This document shows positions 48,232 through 56,700 of a DNA stretch of 64,000 bases, one piece after another. The DNA comes from Minisyncoccota bacterium (GTDB lineage: Bacteria; Patescibacteriota; Minisyncoccia; Phycocordibacterales; SBAW01), in contig DASZSF010000005.1 in NCBI GenBank assembly GCA_035548815.1, forward strand, positions 115,741 through 179,740, given 5' to 3'. The notes under the pieces were generated by a model. It made no database searches, had not been told where the DNA came from, and saw nothing but the letters and a program-made list of their open reading frames with translations. The position numbers were made by a program, and so were the translations under genes. Each line of letters starts with the position of its first letter. Positions within the stretch are counted from its first letter, which is position 1.

Positions 48232-48649
48232 GGTTATTTTCTTTATCGTTAGTAACGCTGGTAATCTCCACTGTCTCGCTTTCAAGCATCGCGAGCCCGC
48301 GTTCTACGAGCGCATCCTGCTCAGCGTCCAACGCCTCACGCTCTTCTGGGGTACGCGCGGTGATCTCGAGTTTGTCTTTGAACTTCGGGTTGCGGTGCCG
48401 CAGCCAGAATTGGATCGATGGATAATGGCGCTCCAACATGAGGGAATACAGTTGATTCTCGCCGAGGTCGTTCAGCATCGCCTCGCCCTCGGCGAGCGCG
48501 TCTTCCATTGCTTTGCGGAATTCCTCGTCTTCATCGCGCCACTTGTACACGGTCGAGCGTGCGACGCCAACTTGCTCGACGGCGGCCTGAATATTCGGGA
48601 TCTTTTTCAGATGTTCGAGAAACAAGTCTTTGATGCGATCTTTTTTCAT
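48146..48649 (-). CDS. HTH protein, putative terminase small subunit
   Basis: FLE.L...PNI..A....GVARSTVY.W...D.EF; ATGA-coupled to methylase, precedes terminase. Confidence 0.75.
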   Translation of the reverse strand: MKKDRIKDLFLEHLKKIPNIQAAVEQVGVARSTVYKWRDEDEEFRKAMEDALAEGEAMLNDLGENQLYSLMLERHYPSIQFWLRHRNPKFKDKLEITARTPEEREALDAEQDALVERGLAMLESETVEITSVTNDKENNHEKDSAKGSDGVGANQNEQEAASGGGAA

Positions 48650-49917
48650 ACACGTTTTGCCTTCAGCTTTGTAAGTGCTTCCCATCGGCGGATGGTGAGG
48701 TCCGCAAAAAGCGGTTCGAGCTCGACCACATATGCACGACGCTTCAACATTTCCGCACTTATCAACGTGCTGCCCGACCCCGAAAAGGAATCGAGAATTA
48801 TGTCGTTCACCTTCGTGCAACGCCTAATTGCTTTCTGGTGGAGTGTCGGGGGCTTCGCGGTTGCGTGCGTGTACTCTTTGCCCGCGAGGCGCTTCACAAG
48901 CCACACGTTGAAGTGGTCGATGATGTCTTCGATGAGGCGATTGCCGGTTCCGATTTCCTTGTTCAGTACCTCGTTGAGGTTCGTGATGTTTTTAGTGAGA
49001 TGAGGTTTGCCGCGCGTCGCGTAGATGCAAGGCTCGTATGCTTTTGAAAACGCGACGCCCGGCGTCGGGTTTTGCCCGTTCTTGATCCACAGGCATACGC
49101 GACGATTTGTGAGCCCCAGTTCGGCGAAGAGTCCCTGCACGAGGCCGATCTGTGATTCATCGTTCCAATAGAAAACATGGGCGTCGTCTTTTGTGACGGC
49201 TAGAGCCGCTTCCATGCTTTGTTTCAAGAATGCGCGGTACTCGTCCGGCGTGCGCGTGTCGTTGACCTCGCCACCGTAATTCGCGCGACCGCCGACGCCG
49301 CGCGAATAATCGATCGAGAGATTATAAATCGGGTCGGAATAAACCATGGAGGCACGCTCGGAGCCGAAGAGTTTTTTGAGTACCGACGGGTCAGTCGCGT
49401 CCCCAACTGCGAGACGGTGAGGTCCGAGTTGATATACCTCACCGACCTTGCTTTTCGGTTTCTTGATGCGAGCGATTTCTTTTTCAACATCGAATCCGTC
49501 ATCTTGCGTCTCCAAAGTGCTGTCCCATGCCGCCGCGATGACCGCATCATCGACGCCGATATCCATGAGGAGTTTTGCGTCGAATGCTTTGAGCTTCTCG
49601 AAATCCCACGATCCGCCGAGAGCGTTAGACGCGACGAGGTAACGGCGCGCCTCGGCTTCGGAGAGCTGGCGCGATGGAATACGGACCGGAATCTTCTCCT
49701 CGCCGCGCCCGAGGAGTTGGAGCGCCTTGATGCGCTGGTGGCCCGCAAGGATGCGGCCATCGCTATTTATTGCGGGAATTTCCGCGAGATTGAAGCGCTC
49801 GATATTGCGCTTCAAGTCTTCGAGCTGCTTGGATGAAATTCTCCTCGGATTTTCATCATGGGGTACGAGATCGTTTACGGTGCGCTCGACCGTGGACCAG
49901 AATAATTTTTTAGCCAT
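48646..49917 (-). CDS. ParB-like N-domain + N4/N6 DNA methyltransferase
   Basis: NPR, ILAGHQR; SDPIY, H.T.KP, LDSFSGSGSTL, ELEP. Confidence 0.9.
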   Translation of the reverse strand: MAKKLFWSTVERTVNDLVPHDENPRRISSKQLEDLKRNIERFNLAEIPAINSDGRILAGHQRIKALQLLGRGEEKIPVRIPSRQLSEAEARRYLVASNALGGSWDFEKLKAFDAKLLMDIGVDDAVIAAAWDSTLETQDDGFDVEKEIARIKKPKSKVGEVYQLGPHRLAVGDATDPSVLKKLFGSERASMVYSDPIYNLSIDYSRGVGGRANYGGEVNDTRTPDEYRAFLKQSMEAALAVTKDDAHVFYWNDESQIGLVQGLFAELGLTNRRVCLWIKNGQNPTPGVAFSKAYEPCIYATRGKPHLTKNITNLNEVLNKEIGTGNRLIEDIIDHFNVWLVKRLAGKEYTHATAKPPTLHQKAIRRCTKVNDIILDSFSGSGSTLISAEMLKRRAYVVELEPLFADLTIRRWEALTKLKAKRV

Positions 49918-50008
49918 AGCGGGTATGTGCTAGCGAATAAGCAGGAAGGCAGTACTCCCTCCTACTTACATTGGACGTAGGGTGAACCCGATTTTGGTTG
50001 CGGCCTGT

Positions 50009-50287
50009 TTAATTCAATACGTACGAGGGAAGCTCGTATGCGTACATCTCGTATCGCTCGCGCACGCCAGCCTTCCTCAGCAGGTCCTTTATGCGGTTTT
50101 TCAGGATAGCGCGAACGTAGGTTTTGAGGGACGCCCCATTCTTTCCCTTGAAGTTGATCTTGCGGGTGAGAAGAGTGAGGGCAAGTTCGTCTTTGATGTC
50201 GTCCGCGGTCATCTCCGGAATCCACGTATGTTTCGCGATTCGGTCGATCAGAGGGAGAAATTCAAGACACAGTTCGTTATTCGACAT
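50009..50287 (-). CDS. Sigma-70 region-2-only small protein
   Basis: PLI..IA.......DDI...............F......LKTYV...L.NRI.D.LRK; no region 4. Confidence 0.65.
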   Translation of the reverse strand: MSNNELCLEFLPLIDRIAKHTWIPEMTADDIKDELALTLLTRKINFKGKNGASLKTYVRAILKNRIKDLLRKAGVRERYEMYAYELPSYVLN

Positions 50288-50386
50288 AGCGGGTGGGGCA
50301 GATGATGGTACATGCCCTTACTATAATTATATGAGAAAAACAGCAATTTTATTTAGGCGTCATCAGTTATAGTATGATTACGAATC

Positions 50387-50593
50387 ATGAATGAATCAGC
50401 AACGAGTTCCGGTGAAGGCAGTCCGGCGGTCGAACAGGCGGAAAAGCAAGTGCTGGGAAACCAGAACTACCAGAAGGTAGAAGTCGTACATCGTTTTGCC
50501 GATTCTCATCCGTGGGTCCATCCAGCCCTGTTGGGTGGAATCGCGTTGATCGCTGCGGCTGCAATCATCTTCGTTGTTCGTCGTTCACGCTAG
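50387..50593 (+). CDS. Small C-terminally anchored membrane protein
   Basis: Single C-terminal TM + RRSR. Confidence 0.5.
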   Translation: MNESATSSGEGSPAVEQAEKQVLGNQNYQKVEVVHRFADSHPWVHPALLGGIALIAAAAIIFVVRRSR

Positions 50594-50600
50594 TAATAAC

Positions 50601-51188
50601 ATGAATCACAACCAACTTTTGCAAAGAGGCCTTCTCCTCGAATATATAACTCTCGCCTGGAACGTAGTTGGCACGGCCGTCGCGGTTTGGGCTGGGATAC
50701 AGGCGGCCTCGCTTTCTTTGTTCGGTTTCGGCATTGATTCAGCCATAGAGATTTTTGCTTCGATAGTTGTCGTGTGGCAACTGAAGGCTATCAACAAAAA
50801 CAACGAGAGATTCGCCCTAAAGCTCATTGGAGGTGCATTCATGGCCCTCTCTCTTTATCTATTGGTGCGGGCGCTTCAGGTTCTCGTTGCAGGAGTGCAT
50901 CCGCAGCCTTCCGTGCTCGGAGCTGCCTGGTTGTTTATAACTGCAATCGCGATGCTCTTGCTGGCCTACGGAAAGCGCAAAATTGGGAAGCAGATACCAA
51001 ATAGGACGCTCATGGAAGAAGCGATCGTGACGTTGATAGACGGCCTGCTTGCTTTAGCACTTCTTGTCGGGGTACTGCTCGATATGTATTTCGGTTTTTG
51101 GTGGGCAGATCCGGTTGCAAGTCTGATTCTTGTATTCTTGGGTGCTCGCGAGGCACTCCATATTTTCAACGGAGAGCATAATCATTAG
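50601..51188 (+). CDS. Cation efflux (CDF-like) membrane protein
   Basis: LEY.TLAWN, FG.DSAIE, WWADP. Confidence 0.8.
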   Translation: MNHNQLLQRGLLLEYITLAWNVVGTAVAVWAGIQAASLSLFGFGIDSAIEIFASIVVVWQLKAINKNNERFALKLIGGAFMALSLYLLVRALQVLVAGVHPQPSVLGAAWLFITAIAMLLLAYGKRKIGKQIPNRTLMEEAIVTLIDGLLALALLVGVLLDMYFGFWWADPVASLILVFLGAREALHIFNGEHNH

Positions 51189-51457
51189 GGTCTAATGGCC
51201 TCTCAGAAAACGGACACATGAATGTCCGATTCTTGTGTCTGATTTGTCTACTTTTCAAAAAATAACCCCTTGCTGTCGAGGGCTCGACTCTCCACCGCAA
51301 AAGCAGCTAAAATATCCTTACGGTTACTAGACGATGGGGTACTAACTGCTGACTGCCCGCTGAGATTTTTAAAGAGTGTTTCTATTGACAAAATAGAAAA
51401 TAGTAAGTATTGTTTATTTGATTGGTACAAGTTTGGAATCAACTGCAGGAGTGTGCG

Positions 51458-52009
51458 ATGGCAATTTTCTCAAGAAACGAAGCCAACCGGAACGGCCACA
51501 CCGTTCTGCAAGTGACGAGCCTCGACAGCCGTACGGGCGAGGAAGAACTCGAGCAACTCAAGAAAGCCGGCGTGCCCGTTGAAGGGCCTGTGACGGCCTG
51601 CTTGCAGGCACGCCATTACCGCTATCACAAGCTCGCCGAGGACCACGAGTACACGGTTGTCATCATCCCTGGCTCAAACGTCCCACCGGAGGCGGGGAGT
51701 ACTGTCGAAGGCTTGGCGACATGGGCGTCCAAAACCTACAAGTATGCGCGGGCAAGGGCAGGTATTGCCCTCCGGCTTCGCGACCTGCTCTCGGTTTCGC
51801 CCGAGCTCATGGAAAAGCTGAAGCTGGAGCGGATTATCGTTGTACATGACCCAACTGATACCCGCAAAGAAGGTGCGCGTGTCTTCGGTGTTAGGGTCGA
51901 GGGTGCTGAAGGGTTCCTCGATGCGTATGCCGAGGACGAGACGGCTTATGGCGAAGGCACGGGTTTCGCCTTCATCGACCTCCACCATGTCTGGAGCAAG
52001 CGCTCGTAG
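51458..52009 (+). CDS. Orphan hypothetical protein
   Basis: TTGACA-N17-TATTGT promoter, AGGAG SD 6 nt before ATG, terminator at ~52030-52063. Confidence 0.65.
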   Translation: MAIFSRNEANRNGHTVLQVTSLDSRTGEEELEQLKKAGVPVEGPVTACLQARHYRYHKLAEDHEYTVVIIPGSNVPPEAGSTVEGLATWASKTYKYARARAGIALRLRDLLSVSPELMEKLKLERIIVVHDPTDTRKEGARVFGVRVEGAEGFLDAYAEDETAYGEGTGFAFIDLHHVWSKRS

Positions 52010-52128
52010 TTTTCTCGCTCGACAGTTCTCGGGCTCCGCTATGGCGCGGGGCCTTTTCTTTTTGTGAACCCTTCCAGATTTCTTCAGCGTAAGAAAACCG
52101 CAACACTCGAGTCTTCGTATACATAAGT

Positions 52129-53043
52129 ATGAACAAAACTCTTCTGTGGTACAAACAGCGTGCACGGAGAAATTTTGGCGTGGTAAGCACTACCATGGGC
52201 ATGCTCTTGTTGCTTGTTTCACCGCTTGCTGCATTTGCACAAACCTCACGCACCTCTGCAGGAGATGCAGCACCAGCGTTCGTCGCGGCACAAGGTGCTG
52301 ATGCATCACTCAACTGGGCAGGGTATGTTGCGAACAAAAAGGGGAGTACATATACATCGGTGTCTGCGACATGGACAGTGCCAAAAATTTCAACCGCAAG
52401 CACAACAGGCAACTCCGCTGATGCAACATGGGTCGGCATCGGCGGAGTTTCGTCAGACGATTTGATTCAGGCGGGGACGCAAGCACTCGTAAACAACAAT
52501 CGCGTCACGTATCAAGCGTGGTACGAATTGTTGCCCGACTATCAGACACCAATCGCACTTGCTGTGCATGCAGGCGACTCGGTGAGTGTCTCCATACACG
52601 AAGTATCTGCCAACAATTGGGAAGTGATTTTTATAAACAACACTACGGGTCAAAAATATCAAAAAACATTTTCATACGAATCAGCACGATCGTCTGCTGA
52701 GTGGATACAAGAGATGCCGGTCGGAGGCAGCTCACGTCATCTCAGCTACATTCCCTTGGATGACTTTGGCAGCGTCACATTTGTCGGAGCGAACGCGGTC
52801 GTGGACGGAGTTGCTCATTTGCTTGGCGACCTCGAGGCCACTCCGCTCACAATGCTCGGCACTCGTTCGCAAACGCTCGCAGTGCCATCGAAATTGCATG
52901 CCGACGGATCGAGCTTCTCTGTTGCTCGCACACAAGGAAATAATTTTTCATCAACTGTGCGTACACGTAGTGCGCATCCCATCGATCGAGATGTATATCA
53001 AACCAGCAACGGTACCACTGTCATCAAAGTGATGGTATGGTAA
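52129..53043 (+). CDS. Secreted G1-family glutamic peptidase
   Basis: S.NWAGY, WVGIGG, LIQAGT, AWYE, SSAEWI.E. Confidence 0.9.
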   Translation: MNKTLLWYKQRARRNFGVVSTTMGMLLLLVSPLAAFAQTSRTSAGDAAPAFVAAQGADASLNWAGYVANKKGSTYTSVSATWTVPKISTASTTGNSADATWVGIGGVSSDDLIQAGTQALVNNNRVTYQAWYELLPDYQTPIALAVHAGDSVSVSIHEVSANNWEVIFINNTTGQKYQKTFSYESARSSAEWIQEMPVGGSSRHLSYIPLDDFGSVTFVGANAVVDGVAHLLGDLEATPLTMLGTRSQTLAVPSKLHADGSSFSVARTQGNNFSSTVRTRSAHPIDRDVYQTSNGTTVIKVMVW

Positions 53044-53047
53044 CTGC

Positions 53048-53533
53048 ATGAAGCAGAAGAATATACTCATCATATTTGTTTCTCTTGCGGTCATTGTGTG
53101 TGCTGGAATTTTTCTTGCATATTATGTTTCGCATAGAAGCGAACACAGAGGTGTAGTAAACTCGGGACTACCTATGGAAACTGTCAGCATTGGTGGTGTC
53201 CTCATTGACGTCGAAATCGCATCGAACGATGAGCAGCGCGAACTTGGACTTTCCAACCGTGCATCGTTGGCAGAGGGGAAGGGAATGTTGTTTGTATTTG
53301 ATCCGCCTCGGGATGTCGGATTTTGGATGAAGGATATGAACTTTTCGCTCGATATGATTTTTGCAAATACGGACGGCGTGATCCTCAATATTGCGCATGA
53401 TGTATCGCCAGACACCTATCCAAACCAGTTATTCCACTCCGCAGGGGAGGTCAGATACGTTCTTGAGGTACCAGCCGGCTATGCAGAAAAAGAGGGCATT
53501 GCCGTCGGTCAGGTGATTGAAGTTCGAAAGTAA
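53048..53533 (+). CDS. DUF192-family protein
   Basis: VEIA....R..GL..R......GMLFVF, FWMK, VLEV.AG. Confidence 0.92.
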   Translation: MKQKNILIIFVSLAVIVCAGIFLAYYVSHRSEHRGVVNSGLPMETVSIGGVLIDVEIASNDEQRELGLSNRASLAEGKGMLFVFDPPRDVGFWMKDMNFSLDMIFANTDGVILNIAHDVSPDTYPNQLFHSAGEVRYVLEVPAGYAEKEGIAVGQVIEVRK

Positions 53534-53794
53534 ATTCTCTTTAATATTCTATCTCGAATTGCCGAGATATATTGCAAAATAAAACTTTTTCATAAAAATC
53601 TCGGCAACGATAGCGAATAGCGCGTATATATATATTTATCACAGTCCAGGTTCAGAATTCCGACGGGTTTTGTATTCACAGAAGCTATTCATGAAATCTT
53701 AAAAATTTTATCCACATGAAAAGTAGAAAATAGTGTTAAACCATAGGGTTATTTTGTCGTATACTGTTTGCAACAGGGCAATCGCGATCGCGAT

Positions 53795-56700
53795 ATGCCT
53801 TTTTCTTTTTTACAACCAACAAAAAACACTGTCCCGCATGCGGGACGTTCTTTGTTGTACAAGGGAATAATTCTTGTACTCATGTGCGCACTCACATGTT
53901 CGTCTTTTTCAATTCCTGCACGTGCAGCGGGCGCTCCTCCGACGATTATTTCGTACCAAGGCCGTCTCACCGATGGAAGTGGAAATTTACTTGGAGATTT
54001 GGGCACAACGTACTATCTGAAATTTTCTATTTGGGATAGTCCGACCGTGGGTGCGGGTAATCGTGTGTGGCCAACGACAACAAGCGTTGCAACGACGAGC
54101 GTTACGGTGACGCAAGGCCTCTTCACCGTTAACATTGGCGACACTGCGAACGGATATCCAACTGCGCTTAACTTGAACGTCGCAAACAATACGCAGCTCT
54201 ATTTGCAGGTGGAAGTTTCTGCGGATAACAATTCGTCTGAAACGTTGTCTCCACGCCAGCAACTCACATCGTCCGTATTCTCGCTCCTTTCGAGTGCAGT
54301 TGTCGGTACAACGACACCGTCGCTCTTTGGAACCACAACCCCGATAGGTTCATCGTTCATCACAGCGCAAGCAACAAGCGCGACGTCCATCCCACTGACA
54401 CTTGCAGGCACTTCAGGACAGACAGCGAATCTTTTCCAAGTTTTGAATAATTCTCTTTCGAACTTGTTTTCGATATCCAGCAACGGTACTGTCACCTTTG
54501 CGACGCTGACGTCAGGTTTGCATGCAGCATCACCAAGCGGTGCTGTGTACTCTGCGGCGACATCATCGCTTTCACTGTCGGGACCGTTCTCCGGGTTTGC
54601 ATCGCTCGGCGCACTTGTCGGCGGTTCGAACTCAACGATAACGTGGACCGGCCTTGCAACGACATCACAACCATCATCAAGCAACCTGCTTGTTTCAAAC
54701 GGAGGAGCGGGTGTGTACGGCGTCGCAACATCGACGCTCACTGCGTCGTCGCCACTCACTGGATCATTCACTGTGCTGGGAAGCGGCGGAAGTTTGGGAT
54801 GCCAAACTGCAAACGGTTCGCAAGCAGGATGTCTTTCGTCGGCAGACTGGACGACATTCAACAGCAAATCGAGTTTTGCATACCCGTTCAACATTGCCGG
54901 AAATGCAACCTCAACACTGACACAGTTCAACGGGGGACTTACTGCGTACGCGTCAACAACCATCGGCAACGGCGGCCAAGGCAGTGGCTTGACCATCAAC
55001 GGAGGCGCGACGACAACAGGAAATGCATACGTGAACGGGAACCTTACGGTGGGCACTACGGGAGCACTCGTTGCAAGTGCAGGTAATATAGTTCATCAAG
55101 TTGGTAACTTCCAATTCTACAATTCTACCATTGTCGTTCCAAGCGGTGCCTCTATTATTCCAAGCAACAACATCAGAACGTTTACGTTCTATGGGAACCC
55201 AACCTATTCAACCGGCAACGGTCTGGATTTTACGGCAGGGGACCCGGGTAATGCAGTGACTGTAAGCGCTTCGACAAACTATGGTTCGCCCGATATGAAT
55301 GTATCCATCGCGTTCCTCCCTAAAGGTGCGGGCAACATCGGTATTGCTACCTCCTCGCCCTTCGCCAAACTTTCGGTCGCGGGTTCAGCATACATCGGAG
55401 GCAATCTGACCGCGACGGGCACTCTCGCGGTTGCTGGCATCAGCACGTTTTCGAGCAATATCGGCGTGGGCACGACCTCACCGTGGAAGATGTTGTCAGT
55501 GGGCACGGGCACCACCGGCACTTTCGTCATTGCAACCTCAACCGCAGGCTGCGCACAGTTCAGTGCTTTTGGTGAACTCTACTCGACGGGTTCAAACTGT
55601 GGTGGAGGATCGCTTACAGGTACCACCGGTCAGATTCCGTGGTTCAGCGGCACGAACACCGCAGTGGGCACATCATCGTTGTTCCTCAACTCGTCTACAG
55701 GGAACTTCGGCATTGGAACCACATCGCCGCTTGCGAAACTTGATGTTTTTGGCAACGTAACCTTGTCTGGCTCAAGTCGCTATTTGAACTTCGGCGCGAC
55801 CTCGACCGCCGGTATTGGTTCAACTGGCTATGGTCTTCGTGATAATGCCGGTGTCCTTGAGTTCAAGAACTCCGGTGGTTCATGGCAAGGTGTGTCATCG
55901 GTTGCAACAAGCGGACCGGCCTTCTCCGTGGATAAAAATGGCACTGACCAAACAATTTCAACAGCCACATATACACCTCTCACTTGGTCTCACGAAATCT
56001 TCGACACCAACAACAACTTCGACACGGGGACCGGCCGATTCACTCCAACAGTGCCGGGCAAGTATCTCATTAAGCTCAATGTGTACTGTGGCGCAGTTTC
56101 TAGCTGCTACGCAGGTATCGCAAAAAACGGTTCTGCCCTGGCAAACATAGTTTCGCAGACAGGCTCCCAAGGGAACGTCACCATTGCGACGGCGGTCGCT
56201 ATCGTCGACATGAATGGTACGACGGACTACATCGTAGGCGACGGCTATTCGGATGTAAGCACAACTATTGTTGGTACGGTTATCAATACCAACTTCTCAG
56301 GTGCTCTCATTGCCCCCGTCAGCGCGGGTACGGTCAACGGCACAGGTTCAAATGGTCAGATCACCTTCTGGAACAGTGCAAACTCAGCAACAGGCGACGC
56401 CGACTTCGTCTGGGACAGCACCAACAGCCGCCTTGGCATCGGCACCTCATCGCCATGGGCAAAGCTTTCGGTTGTTACGGATGCAACTACTGGTCCAGGC
56501 AGTGTCGTCGATGCAAGTTCAATCACGGACGGAGTGGGTCTGCGCCTTGAGTTCAATAGCTCAACGATGACCACCAACGGCCGTGTCTTCAGCATTGTCG
56601 ACAAAGCTTTCAACAGCACCTTCTTCGAAGTCAACGAAAACGGTCAGACCGGCATCCGCACCTTCGGCAACCTCGGTAGCAACTTCTCATCACTCACGGT

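Larger units (their letters stand above)
32230..51298. mobile_element. tRNA-Ser-adjacent genomic island (serine recombinase, terminase module, copper cargo)
   Basis: Starts at tRNA 3' end; recombinase, terminase, ParB-methylase; degenerate copy of tRNA 3' end at 51276-51298; right boundary uncertain. Confidence 0.65.

Noticed and set aside
32230-51298. Complete prophage or ICE
   Set aside because: No capsid, portal, tail, lysis, relaxase or T4SS genes visible
53540-53770. AT-rich gap with a DnaA box (TTATCCACA 53708) and partial boxes as oriC
   Set aside because: Only one perfect box, no dnaA/dnaN nearby; isolated boxes also occur at 13671 and 32101
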